A stretch of 64,000 nucleotides of DNA from Cyanophora paradoxa CCMP329 (GCA_004431415.1 QPMI01000451.1:1-64000); one strand, 5' to 3'; positions 11,648-24,232 are shown, counted from the stretch's first letter. Numbers and translations are program-made. The notes: generated by a model from the letters alone, not told the origin.

Positions 11648-14121
11648 TCAGTGGCCGACACGTGCGTGGTGGCCGGCGATCGGCACGGATGGCCTCAAGC
11701 GTTGGAGGTGTTCGTCGATCATCGCGAGCAGGCGATCAAGCCCTCGCCCTGCAACTTGTTAGCAAGGGGCGGGTGCTCCCAATTGGCCTCTGGGGTTTCT
11801 CATGCATGCAAGCCGACAAACGCACCCTCGGTCGCGGAGACGAGGACGAAGTGCCCGCTGGGCGGACTGCAGTCACGCAGTCGAGTCGCTAGGGCCTCAG
11901 GCGAGATCTTGTCCACCTTCGGAGGAGCTTCAGGGAGGCTCGCAAAGACCGCAGAGCTTAAGGAGGCCCAGGAGGCCCTGAGGGGAGGCAAAAACCTTGT
12001 TCCAAATCTCCTGCATGCCGGGCGCCAGAGCGTATGTCATTCTTCGAGTTGGTGGCGAGAGGCCCTGAGGAGGACGGCGGGGGGCTCACTAGGATGCGGG
12101 AAGGCTGTTTCGCGGGATCGATGCCGAGCTCTTGAAGAACGTGAGCGACGTCCGCAGCGTGACGGGCGAAGAGGGGCGATGACACGTCGCGGACAAGCAG
12201 GATGAGATCTGCGTGGACCACCTCCTCCAGCGTCGCCCTGCGCCCGGCTTCAGTCTCGCCCCGCCTCGCTCCGCCCTGCCCCGATCCGCCCGGCTCCGTG
12301 CGTGCGCCCCGCGCCACTCACTTGAACGACTCGACGAGCGTCGTCGGCAGGTGCTACCAAAGCCCGGGGCCCGTGCGCGGTGGGTGCGTGGATGGTCACG
12401 GTATTGGAGTGAAGCGCACCGAGATGAAGCCCACGGTGTCGGAGATCGCGGCGCGGCGCTGCGAGGCCGGTAGGTAGACGGCTCGGATGGTCGGGTCCAG
12501 CGTGGAGAATAACTGCAAGTGGTCAGCCGAGGGAGCCGACGGCAACATGTAAAGGGCAAGCACCTGATCCTTCACGAGCACCTCGTCCTCGCCGGCGCGG
12601 CTCAGCGCCCGCAGAAGCGAGCTCTTTCCTGCATTCGTGTACTAAACCACCGGCGCCGGGCGTCAGGTAGCGAGACAGCGGGCACGGCGCAGCAGCGCTC
12701 GGACCCCGACGAGAGCGATGGAGGGAAGTCCGCGTCCCTTGCGCTGAACGGCGCGCGTGCGCCGCACCTTCTCCAGCTCTTCTCGCAGCCTGCGGCCGGG
12801 CTGCCTCACGAGGAGCCCAACGCAGCGGCGGCCGCGGCGCCAGGGCGCACTGCGCCTCACGCTCCTTTAGGAGCCGCTTCTCGATCTCCAGCTGCTGCTC
12901 CCCCGAGCCGCCGAGCTTACCCGCACCTCCCTGGCCCTTCCCGCTCACGATCTCGAGCAGGCCCGCTCCTTCCTCCGCCATCCCGAACCGCCCGCTCCCC
13001 CCCGTCCGAAGCCGCGACCGCATATAAGCGATGCGGGCAAGCTCGACCTGGGAGATTATTTACTTGTGTTCTTGTGATCATGAGATGAATTCATAACAAC
13101 ACCTGAAGTCGGGCCTCCTTCGTCCGGGCCCGTTCACTGAAAATCTCTGCCGGCCCTCAGCCGCCGCCAAGCGCCGAGCTGCGGGGAGGGCTACGCACCA
13201 AGGATGACGGCAAAGCGGTCCCAGACCTGCACGCGAACGCGGGAGAGGCCGGGCGGCAGGCGTCCATCGTAGGCGAGGGCCTGCTCAAGATTGCGCTGCT
13301 GAGACGCCGTCAGGGTTGCGTCCAGAAATAGTAATACCTGCTGCCGCGTCGGGCCAGGCCGCGGGCTGCGCAGGGCCCTTGCGCGCCCCACGCGCGAATA
13401 CGTACGTGGAGGGGCTCCTCGGTCGGGTTGGCGCCTCGGCGCTCGCCTTCCCGGGCCAGCCTCTCAGCCGTGGCCTCTACAAGCTCACGGATCGACTCTT
13501 TCAGCGCCGCGACTTTTCCCTTCCCTGCCGGTCGTTGGCAAATTTTACGTTTTCGCCCGGTGGCCTGGGATCTTTTACCAAGATACGTCGCTGAATTCAC
13601 CTTGACGGATTCAAACATCGTTAGTTCAAGCGAGGGGAGGCGGCCGATTAATTACCTCGCGAAGGTGCCAGATGCCAGAAAGGCGCTCAACAACATGCCA
13701 GCCTTCCAGCGCCTCCGCAAGACCAATCGCCTCATCGAAATCAAACTTCTCCGACTCGGTGGCGCCGCGCGCAGCCGGATGCTGGCGCGCAGTTCAGGTT
13801 CCGACCCTGGACAAATAGCAACGTGCGCCGCGGCCGTACGCGCACAACCACGATTGTTTTGCGCATTCCAGGCTTCAAATCTTCCCCAGACAGACGTGCG
13901 CGTTCTCCTGGCAGCTCGCGCATCAACGCGCTCGGGGGGTCTTCTCGCGGCCGCTGCTGATCGCTGCCGCGGCTGCTCGCGCTTCGTGCCCCGATGCTGC
14001 ATGGTGCGCCTGCAAAGACTACAGGACGGCTGGTGCGCCTGCAAAGACTACAGGACGCCTGACGCAGTACCTGACGGGGACACGACGAGCGCAGCCGCTG
14101 GCGGAAGGCTGCGGCAAGCAT
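11648..14121 (-). CDS. hflX: HflX-family GTPase (GTPBP6-like), multi-exon, likely organelle-targeted
   Basis: [50 protein letters not shown] motifs. Arg-rich N-terminus [13 protein letters not shown]. Confidence 0.9.
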
Positions 14122-14346
14122 GATTACGATTACGACTTGTACTTGGACGAAACAGCTGCTAGGGCTAGTCCAGATGTTGTCGGTCGTCTAGATCTCTGAA
14201 ATGCAAGCATCGCCTTCCTTTTGATCGCGTACCCCGGGCCAGGGGACAGACTCGGCGGCACAGTGCCCGCCGCACACTGCCGCACAGCGCGCTCTGTGTG
14301 GCGCACTGTCGCGGCGCACAGTGACGCACTGTGCGGCGCACAGGCA

Positions 14347-17181
14347 ATGGCACGGCATAAGGAAAAGCGGCTGGTCGCGCCGGCAGACTTGAGAGTGCAG
14401 ATGCATTTTGCGGTAGGCAAGAAGCTTTGCACGGTGCAGTTGTGGTTCGAGGAAGGTGAGGATGCGCTCGAGACGATGCGCTCGTTCTTCTCGAGCGAGG
14501 ACATCCCGCGCAACCTGGAGACGCCCCTGCTCGCTTCCGTAGCCGCCCTCTTCGAAGAAGAGCAGAAGCTGCGGTCGCGCGAGTTCGAGTCTGCAGGTGC
14601 GTCGATGACGCGGCGCGGCGCCGCCCGCGCAGCAGACAGGGGCACGGTAGTGTCGACGGCAGAGAAGTGGGAGAAAGGCGCGCGGGAGTGGGAGCGCTGG
14701 TTCGTTGAGGATCAGGCCCCGCGCCCGAGAGTTCCCGCGGCACCGGCGCCGGCGCTGGATGAGGACGTGGGGTTCTCGGCGGTGCGGTCGCGCAGCGGGC
14801 ACAATGAGCGCGAGAGCCGTAACCGGTGCGCAGGGCGACCTCGCATTCGCAACGGCGTACTCGTACATGGCATCTCAGTGGGAGGCCGCGAAGAGTCGGC
14901 GCGACGAGCTCCTCTCTCTGCTTGGGGACCACCGGTGCGTATGCGCCGGGCGCCCAAGTCGCCTTGCGGGGGCTCCCGAGGGGGCCCCTGAGGCGGAAGG
15001 ACAGACGCACCCTCTCGGACTTCATCGCGCAGCGGACAGAGGCGCTCGCGGAGCTCGCAAAGAAGTGCGGAGGTTCCGGTGGGGCGGGGTCGGGTTGCCA
15101 ACGGGATTGAGGCAGGCAGTCGCGGGAGGCGGGGCAACTGGCCCTGCGCAACGTCCTAACCTTCGGCTCCACAACAGACGACAAGGCCAGCCCGCCCGGC
15201 CGACCCGTACGCGCCCCTGATGCCGCGCATACAGGAGCGCCGCCTGCGGGAGCTCGCCGCGAAGCACATCGCTGACGCCGCGGAAGTCCGCGCGCGGCAC
15301 GACAAGGAGGCCAGCCCGCTTCTTCCCCGGGTTTGTCGCCTGGCGCGACGGGGCGGCAGGTGGTGCGCCTCAAGAGCTCCTTCCGGAGCGGCTTCCGGGA
15401 GCTCGCCGTCAATGTCGTCGCCGAGATGCGGTCGGCCGCCTTCCCGCGCCCGACGCTCCTGGGCTCACCCCAGCTCACGCAGACGAGAGGCGATAGCGGC
15501 ATGTTCAGGCCACCCGTTGGACGCCTTCCCCGCCCAGCGGCGCGTAAGAGGGTGTCCCGCTCGGGACTCTCGTTAAAGCGGGCAGCAGCATCGCCCCGGG
15601 GCCAGAGGCGCTGCTGCACGCGACGATGCGCGGCGACCAGCTTCGCGTCCTGTGCGCAGAGCGCGCCCGGGAAGCAGCTGCGCGGGCTCAAGCGGGGCGC
15701 AGGTACACGCCGGAGGCGGAGGAGCTCGCCGACGTCGAGCGGGCCTTCTGCAACCCTGCCGCCTACGTCCGTCCGCCTGCACGCCCGGTGGGCCAGCCTC
15801 ATGCGCGCTACAGGTTCCCGGGCGGCTGTTGCGGCCCGCGGTGGCCGGCGAGCGCTTCATCTTTCACCTCGGAAGCCAGAAGAAGGTCAGCAAGCGTCGC
15901 CGCGCGCCCTGCGTTTCTCACTGGCCTGCAGGTCTCCCACGCCGTTTATCTCCACCAGGCATCCCTCCGCGATCTCTTCCTTCCCCCCGCCCCCTCCACC
16001 CTCTCCCTCGGCACATCCCCCTCGACCTCTCCCGCCCCACAGGATCCAGTTCGCGTGCCTCGAGAGTCCCCTTGTCCTCCAGCGACCCACCGAGTACGCA
16101 GATGGCTGCTGTGCGGGGCCTTGCGCTCGTTTCGGGGGCTGCCGAGCGGCTGGCGAGTGGAGCGGTGGCGCTCTTCGGTGGCGGCGCGTCCCCAAGCACC
16201 GCTGGCGGCGTCGGCTTTGTTCCTGTTGCGGGCCGGGCGGTGACGGGAAGCCCTGCGGCGACAGTGGTGCGCGGCAGGCCGGTGCTGGGCGGGGCGGAGG
16301 TGACAGGGCGCAGGTGCTGGTGGACCCTGAGCTGCGGTACGAGTGGGGCGCGGCGCGCGCCCTCGCCGATGCATGTGCCGCCACCGTCGAGTACCACTTC
16401 GAGGACCTCTCCGGTGTCTACCGCCCGCCCCTGCCCTCTCCCTAGCCTCGCCCCCCTCTCCCTCCCTTCCCCCGCCCCCACCGCCTCTCACGCCTTGCAG
16501 AGCGCCTCGAAGAGGTGCGCCGGGCTGCTGCCGGTGCCGCCCTTGTTCCTGGCGACTTCTTCGTCTCGCGCCACTCCTCACTCGCCAGGCACGATTCTCT
16601 GCCCTTTTCCCTGCGGAGACTCACCCGCCCCACAGCTTCACGCTCGTCTACCACCTGGTTGCCCCCTCTTCCGCTGTACGGCCTTCTGCCATGTCACCGT
16701 GGGGCAATGTCCTCAGCCAACGGCGCAGGTGGGGGCTCTGCAGCCAGAGGTCGGAGGGGCCCTGCTGCGGGGTCTACGGAGGGTCTTGCGGGCGGCGGCC
16801 GCCGCCGGCGCATCGTCCATCACTATACCCGTCCTTCTGCATGAGGCGTTGGCGGCTGCCAGCCCCACCGCGGGCCCCGACCGCGAAGGCGTGCTTCGGG
16901 CTCTCGACGGGGTGGTTCCATCGTCTCCAGCCGCATCTGTGGGACGGGCGCCACCTGGAAACGAGGCGCTCAGTGTGGCAACGGCCGCAGGGGGTTCGGC
17001 ACGTGTGGCGGCACTAAGGCGGAGCGAGGCCGTCTTACGCTGCGTCAAGATGCATGCCGTGGAGGGGTATGCACGTGGCGGCTCGCTGCGGCTCTTTCGC
17101 TTCCTGCTAGCGCCTGGCGACGAGGCGCTTTACCGCCAAACTAAGGCTCAACTCCTCTCCACCCTCAACTGCCGCCCCTGA
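14347..17181 (+). CDS. C12orf4/FERRY3 (DUF2362)-like protein, multi-exon
   Basis: ERFIFHLGSQ, YHFEDL, PGDFFVSRHSSL, LVYHLV, GLRRVLR..SITIPVLL and LRRSEAVLRCVK match C12orf4 motifs in order. Confidence 0.75.
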
Positions 17182-17415
17182 GGGATCGTCAGATCGAAAT
17201 TAGATTCAAAACTTGAAACGCCCTCAGGGCCTGAAATTAGATTTAAAACGCCCTGAAATCGAAATCGAAAATCGCCTTTCCTGTATATATATACTCCTCT
17301 CCACCCTCAACTGCCGCCCCTGAGGGATCGTCAGATCGAAATTAGATTCAAAACTTGAAACGCCCTCAGGGCCTGAAATTAGATTTAAAACGCCCTGAAA
17401 TCGAAATCGAAAATC
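17152..17415 (+). repeat. Tandem duplication (~120 bp) of the stop codon and 3' flank of the C12orf4-like gene
   Basis: 17152-17274 repeated at 17294-17415. Confidence 0.9.
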
Positions 17416-17718
17416 ATGGCATCATGATCATATGTATATATACTGCCCGAGTGGAGCCTCGGAGCCCGGCGGCCCTCGGAGGACATCAATCGATATCATG
17501 ATCATGTTGATGACACTGTGTGACATGTACTACCGTACGCGTAGTACTTCGGTACACGTTGACCAGTCCTCTCGGCGATCTTGCCGGCAAGGAACAGGAC
17601 CGCATCAACAGAACCCTCGCAGTAACATTTCGGCCGAAGCGGCCGCGGGCGTCGTAGGCCTATCTCAGAGTTTCCCCCCCGCCCTATCTCCCCCCTCCCT
17701 CCCCCTCTTGTCCCATGG

Positions 17719-18243
17719 GTGGCGCGTCAGGCTCTCGACTGCCGCCACTACGAGTACGCTGGTCTTGCGTTTCGACTCCCTCTGCCACGCGGTCTTGATG
17801 CTTATTTTGCGCAGGTTCCGGCAGCTCATGCAGCACGCCGTCCGGCGGCACCCCAAGGACGAGGACCCGCCGTGCACGCTCCAGCTCGTCTGCGAGGCCT
17901 GGACCTCGAAGACGTGCGGGATGTGCGGCAAGATCAACTACGGGCTCGGCTCGAAGAGGGTCTTCGAGTGCCGCCCCGGGTGCGGCTTCCGGGCGGACCG
18001 CGACGGCGGCGCCGCGCGGTGCGTGTTGTGTCTATACACGCCTATACACAATCGCTGCTCCCCCCGCCTAGTCCCGACACGGCCTATCCACGGCGTAATT
18101 TTCCGTCTAGGCCTAGGGCCGGCTCGCCCTCCCAGCGCCGCCCGATCGCAATCGTAATCGTACTGATCGCACAGACCTCTCGCAGGGGCATCCTGATTCG
18201 CTACGGCACGGGCGTGGACGCGAAGCGCCTGCTCAGCTCGTAG
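17719..18243 (+). mobile_element. Fanzor2/TnpB-like nuclease C-terminal remnant with two spliceosomal introns (17754-17814, 18019-18185)
   Basis: Spliced: VARQALDCRHYEFRQLMQH...VCEAWTSKTCGMCGKINYGLGSKRVFECRPGCGFRADRDGGAARGILIRYG...*. Has the zinc ribbon and the RuvC-III DRD motif. Confidence 0.85.
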
Positions 18244-18282
18244 CTAGCTAGGCTCCGGATCCGATCCCCTTTTTCCCCATCA

Positions 18283-18383
18283 GGGCACCAGTCCCTGCGG
18301 GTTACGCTCTCACCCAAACAGCACGGGTACAGTTAAAGCGCTGTAGGTAGGAGGTCCGGCGCGCCCGTAGCGTAGAAAGAGCA
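18283..18383 (+). ncRNA. Candidate Fanzor omegaRNA scaffold/element right end (family 1)
   Basis: Starts 40 bp after the Fanzor stop. Repeated at 61749-61849 and 44753-44809, and all copies end at GAAAGAGCA. Confidence 0.55.
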
Positions 18384-18389
18384 GAGACA

Positions 18390-18915
18390 CCATGACGTTG
18401 TGAACAAGGCTCGAAGCTGACGGTCCCATCCGGGGAAATAAGCGAGTACGTGTGGATGGCATGCCCCAGCAAAAACTCTTCTGGAACCTGCATGCGAGAG
18501 ACCTGGCCCAGTGGCTGATGGGGCCACGGACCGTCGGACCTGCCAGGCTGCAATCAATGTGAGCTAGCAACATCTGACTCAGTAAATCAGTGAAGAATAA
18601 AATTAGAAAAGCAGTTACCATCTCAATATCATCAACTGCAACGTTAGATCTCTCGACAACCAGCTTCTTGAATGAAGCAACCACTGCCGCAGTGCCTCTA
18701 GATCTGCAGTTCCGGATGTGTCTGCCTTGCTGGACTGTCGAAACAAGTTACAAGTTCGCCACATGGAGGCGCAGATTGACGCAGAGGATGAGCACCTGGT
18801 GCGACTCGACACCTTTGAGCTTGTACCCCGAAAACGCCCCCGGAAACTCGTTCGCCATGTACTCCTCATGGCCTGACAACACGGGACTCGGGAACCTGGC
18901 ATACACGGGGCCCTA
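18390..18915 (-). pseudogene. Orphan intron-containing gene fragment, unidentified
   Basis: Lower-GC coding-like segments (YARFPSPVLSGHEEYMANEF..., VVASFKKLVVERSNVAVDDIEM) with GT-AG introns. No clear start; bounded by repeats. Confidence 0.35.
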
Positions 18916-19089
18916 GGCCTTAGGCCTAGGGTGAAACAATAGAGAGCCGTGCCAAGCCCGCTGCAAGGCAGACTGAACCCCCGCGGGCGGCTCGAGCTAG
19001 CGCTCGGGGCAGGGAGCTAAGAATTATATTAATTACGATTACGTATACGATCCTACCTGAATGACGAAACCCGTACCCGGGACGTGCGA

Positions 19090-22040
19090 ATGGCGGCGCC
19101 GCAGCCGCTGCAGCTCTCGCTGACCGACCTCGAGAAGCGCTACTACTCGGATGTGTTCGTACAAGCGGATGGTGCGCCCCCGTGCGCGCAATCGCCGCGC
19201 CGCGCCGCGCAGTGACCAGGGTTCGCCGGCGAACAGCGGATGGGGACGGTTGGATAACCAGCAAGGTGCGCCGCGTCGCGCGCCGCGCGCCGGCGCGGAC
19301 TTCCAGGGCCGACACAGCGCAGGACGCCCAGTTCCTGCGCCGGTCGGGTCTCGGCGCGCCCGCCTTGAAAGAGATATGGAAAGTATCGGACGCTGCAGCG
19401 AAGGGCTACCTGAGCAGGCTCGAGTTCGCAATCGCGCTGCGGCTTGTCGCCGTCGCCCAGACTCAGCCTTCGACGCCTCTCACGCTGGAGGCGGCTAAGA
19501 TGCCGCCCGCCGTGCTTCCGGTTTTTGAGGGCATCTCTGTGCCAGCCTCCGTCGGCGCCGTGCCCCCGCCGTCTTCAGTCGGAGCGCCGGGTCCAGCGCC
19601 GGTCGCCGTTGCACCCATGTCGTTTTCTTCGGCGAATGGACCCCCCGCAGAGGCACTGATGCATTCAATCGCGCCTGCAACACCTGTCACTGCAGCTCCA
19701 ACTGCTCAGCTCGCACATGCCCCGTCGGCCGCAATCAGCTCCCCGCCACCTGTTCCCCTCACGAGTGCGGGGTCAACCGTGGTATCTCCGTCGTCGCCCA
19801 AAGACACCTCTTCACGTGTCACGCCGAGAGCGGCCGTCCCAGGGGTTGTGCCACCTATTTCCAAGAACGGCCGTCTGATTCCAAGAACGGTCGTGTCACG
19901 CCGAGAGCGGCCGTCTGATTCCAAGAACGTTTTCTTGCTTTTCGCTCACATTTGAAAACTCCAGACAAACGCCTGTCAAGCGAGGAATTCGCGATTGCTA
20001 TGGTGCGAGGCTTCACAATAGGAATTCGCTGACGAATCCGTTCCAATCGCGTGGGTTCCTTGCTGAGACGTGAGTTTGCAGCATTTGATTGGTCATCGTA
20101 TCAAAGGAGTTGAGGTCCCTGCGACTCTGCCTGCACACTTGCTGCCTCCTTCCAAAACAACAGTGCAGCCGTCTGCTGCCCCCTCGCAAAGCACGCCAGC
20201 ATTTGCTGCCTCAATACCAGAGGCTGCTGAAGCACACACGCAAATATCCGAACGCTCCATTGCAAGCAGCAGGGCAGAGCCAAGCAATGCGGTTCAGCGG
20301 ACGTCCGATGTAGTCTCAGGGCGTCTTGTGTCTCCTCCGTGTGATCTCCCAGCCACAGCATCGCCTTCGATCGATCACCTGCCATCCAACACCGACGCAG
20401 TGGCCAGCTCAGAGGTGCAGGGACGCATATCGGATGAGGACCTTGTGGTGCTGATGTCGCACACGTCAAGCCAGCCAGCACTGAGCGCTTCAAGTGTACC
20501 ATCGCCTGCAATCCCGGCGTTGGCTTCGGTTCTGCCTTCGGCCCCGTCAGCTTCTCCTGGTGTGACGTCGACATCGACATCTGGTGAAGTCGAATCTGCC
20601 AGGCAGATCGCAGCGATGAAGGAAGATCTCCAGGCACTGCGTCAGTCATTCAACGAATTGGCAGCCCAACAGGCGAAGCAGCGCGATCTGCAGGGATCCA
20701 TGGAGGAGATGAAGACCCGCTTGGATCGTGAAACAGAGGCGAGAACAAGACTCGAAGAGAGCCTTGCAGATGCAGTCGCTTCGAGAGACAAATCGCTTCA
20801 AGAGATGAGTACTCTCCGAGCAGCTGTCGAAGGGATTCAGGGGAGCCTCACTCGTGAAGTCGACTCTCTGAAGGTAGTTCATTCTCTTTGCTCATCTCTC
20901 TTTCATCCTCTAACTGTTCTTGGTAGAATTTGATCGGTTCAATTCAAAGCCAGGGAGAAAAGGACGCCACTCTGCTTCAGCAGGAGCTGCACGCTGCAAT
21001 GCAGGCCGTTGCCTCTGAGCTGGAGCATCACAAATTGCTCATCGGCCAAGCCATGGAGGTCAGCCTGAAAGCTGCAGAGGCAGCAACTGCTAATGGAGCA
21101 GGCGAAGATGCTGAAGAAGCTGTTCAACAGCCGCCCCAAATGGCCGGAGAGGAATTGTGTGAACGAGATGTAAACAAGGTCTCACACAGCGGAAGTCCCC
21201 AGCTCTCTCCCCGCTTCGATGAGCACCAGCAGCATCAAACAGTGATTAGTGAGCCAGCCAGAGAATCCGAAGTGGTCAGCTTTTCCACCGAACATTCTTC
21301 AAGCCCTTCTTTTCTACGGGCAGGCCACAGCTCTGTGGATGTGGGGGATGTGGGCGTAGCCCAGCTTCCACCTGCTCCTGGAACCTCCATTCTTCAGCAG
21401 GAGCTGCACACCGTGCCGCCTCCGGAGCATCCTGCAGTCGATGCACCTCAAGAGCTCGATGTTGTTGAGTTTGTTTCAGAGCCAGGAAGCCCAGCGCCGG
21501 CCCCTGCGAACGGCTCTCCCGTGGACTCGCCTCTGAATGAAGATTTGCCACCACCCCCTGCTCCGCCTCTACCAGCGATAGCGCCACTGCTTGGTGCGAG
21601 TGTTTCGACAGAAGAAGAGCCTTCTGGCGGTGCTGTGGGTGCTGGCGAGGCAGCTGGGGAGGCAGCTGGGGAGGCAGTTGTGGCAGACGAGAGTTGGGCG
21701 CCCTTCGCTCCTACCATCTCCGCCAGTGCCCCCGAGGCATTTTCGGAAGCCTTCTCAACCCCAGCTTTTGAGTCGTTTTCAGCCCCAGCCTTCGTGGGAC
21801 ACTTCTCCGACTTCGCCAAGCCAAGTTTTTCTTCAGATTTCTCTCAGGTGGGCGTCATTCATTCTATTTCTTCTGCACTTCAAGCCGATTGTCATTGCAG
21901 GCCTTCAGCCAGGCCTTCACTGCACCCCCTGCCTCGCCTGCACCCCCTGCCCCCGCTGCCGAGACTCTCGACGTCGATTTGCCTATCCGACTGAGCCCTT
22001 GAGACTGTCGATCGCGAGTACAGCCAGTCAGAACAGCTAG
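19090..22040 (+). CDS. EH-domain (Eps15/intersectin-like) endocytic protein with coiled coil
   Basis: EKRYYSDVF..AD.DGDG, FLRRSGL...LKEIWKVSD...GYLSRLEFAIALRLV, a second EH tail EEFAIAM-HLI...VPATLPAHLLPPS, and a coiled coil. Confidence 0.85.
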
Positions 22041-22413
22041 TCCAGATGTCGTCGGTCGCCTCTGAAATGCACTAGCAGAGGGCGCCTCTGAAATGCACTA
22101 GCAGAGGCGCGGCAGCCTTCAAGAATTCAATGATGAAATCACAAAGTCGGGATAGCGGCTACTAAATCGCACGTCCGAGTTAAATCGTAATCGAATCGAA
22201 ATCGAAGGCCAATCCCTGCCCAACCCCCGTCGTTCCCACGCTGCGAAGCATCGTAACCCCCCCCCCCCCCCCCCCCCCCCCTCCCCAGGCTTAAGCTTAA
22301 GCCGGCAGCTTCTTAAGCTGCAGGCGTGAAGCTCACGTCTCATAACAAGCTCGTAACCAGGCGCCTCCATCGCGAGGACATCGCGCGCCTCAATGAGTCC
22401 ATCAAGTTCCAAT

Positions 22414-23002
22414 CTAGAAAGTGGAGCCTTCCGGGGGCTGCTGGAGTTTGCGGTTCGCTGGGGACGCCATCTCCTTCCGCAGCTCGGAGAGAAGCTGGGT
22501 CATCATGTACTCGGGCCTCCAGTTGGCGAGCATGGGAAACGCGCGAGGCTCGACCTGAAACGGATCAATCGTGCACGCCCCAGCACGAGCAGACGAGCAC
22601 GCACGACGCCGTTTTGGGGGTTCACACAAGACATGTTGACCTTCGACGTGAACTTCACGGCAGGCGGCTTCTCCGGATAGTCTTTGTCGCAGTGGAGCTT
22701 CAATGAGTAGATGCGGTTCTCGTGTGCGGTCTGCACGCGCTCAGAGACGGGCAAGCTAAGCGCATTCCATCGCGCACGTTGTTCGGGCCCAAAATAGTTC
22801 CAAGCCAGCTTGACATGAGCGTGTCGTCCGGCCGCTCAAGGCCGAGCGACACCGACGGGTCGCCGTGGCCCTTCTCGCCCTTCTCCAGCTCCTCAAGGAG
22901 CCGGAAGTTGCGCGGCACTGCGTTCAAGGTTCATGTGGCGCGTGTAGATTGCAAAGGACAGATCGCGCAGAGCCGCGCCTCACCTTTCACGCGCTCCGCC
23001 AT
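22414..23002 (-). CDS. UEV1: Ubiquitin-conjugating enzyme E2 variant (UEV1/MMS2)
   Basis: [57 protein letters not shown]. Confidence 0.95.
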
Positions 23003-23323
23003 GTTGTCGGACTTCGTTCGCTAACTTCGCTTCCTTCGAGGGGTACTGGTATAGCTCAAGTGAGCTTGACTTCACATCAGAGTCGACGTCTCAGAGACCG
23101 AGGAGTGTCTAGATCTATATATATAGCTACGCTCCGACCGAGGGCTGGGCAATATCGATCGCGATGGCCGAAGAATTCAATTTTTTAAAAGCTGCGCGCG
23201 TTGGCTTCCGAGCTTGCGCCGCGGCGCGCCGCGCGTGAGCGTCTGGCCATGGGAGGTTGTACATGTGGGCGTGAACGCGGACCATCTCGCTGGAACGAAA
23301 CTTGGCCCAGTGCACATGGCGGG

Positions 23324-23490
23324 CATCCAGGAATCTCCTGAGGTTGCAGGAAGATGCCACGGATGGCCCATGGCCAGTGGTGCACGTGAATGCCTTCTAG
23401 CGCTTCTGTGTGACATACTTCCAAGCCGGCCCATGCAGGCAAACGGTTCTCGGCTCTCCGCTGTACACCATTGAACATTGTCCAGGTCCT
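23324..23490 (+). pseudogene. Duplicated internal fragment of the NXF1 gene, including its intron
   Basis: Near-identical to the reverse complement of 58012-58150, with a ~30-bp insertion. Confidence 0.9.
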
Positions 23491-23673
23491 AGCGATCCGA
23501 AGCGCTAGGGCAGTAGCGCGATCTGAAGCGCTAGCTAGGGCAGTACATGTACTACGGTACATGTTGTTCGACTCAGTGACTTTCGAATTTCTGTTCAGCT
23601 GTTGCTGGTTCGTTCCGAAGTTCCTAGTCGAGTGTGCTCTTGCGAAACACTTTGTATGATCATGAGTCACTGA

Positions 23674-24040
23674 GTCCGCTGCCCCCACGTGCACTGCGGC
23701 GTCGTGATGGACCGTGACTTCAACGGGGCTCGGTACGTGAGCCTAGTTGTAATACGCCTAAAAACAATTCCCGCTAGCGCTTATCTATACGTCTAAAATT
23801 AAAAAAAATCGTAAATCGTAATTCCCGCTCATCTACCTCACATACATATATATATATAGCTGTCATGTATACGTATAGCTATATATCTGGCTTAACTATA
23901 GCTAGGAGCTACTAGGCTATTCAAATTGATTCCCGCCGGGCCGCCTGTAGCGACTCGGCGAATCGTAGTCGTAATTCCCACAGGAACGTCTACCTACTAG
24001 GGCCTAGGCCTCCGGGTGGGCTCTGGAGTCGTAATTTCTG
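23674..24040 (+). mobile_element. Second Fanzor2/TnpB-like C-terminal remnant, intron 23733-23983
   Basis: Spliced: VRCPHVHCGVVMDRDFNGAR|NVYLLG. The intron lies in the same codon and phase as in the 17.7-kb remnant. Confidence 0.75.
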
Positions 24041-24177
24041 ATCTCTTGCAAGTTGACCCGCAGCTGGGTTTGTTCTGGCTGATCGTAATTACATAATCGT
24101 AACCCTCCTTTCCATGTCTGGCTGGTCGTAATCGTAATTCTCAAGCCCACAGTGATATCGATGGAGCTCTGTTGTAT

Positions 24178-24232
24178 TTCCCACACTTGTAGCCCGGACC
24201 TGCGTTTTAGTACGTATACGTGTCCAAATGCG
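24178..24232 (+). repeat. Dispersed repeat family 2 (candidate second omegaRNA/right end)
   Basis: ttcccacacttgtagcccggacctgcgt..gtacgtgtccaaatgc. Other copies at 48626-48680 (-), 54312-54358 (-) and 62684-62733 (+). Confidence 0.8.
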
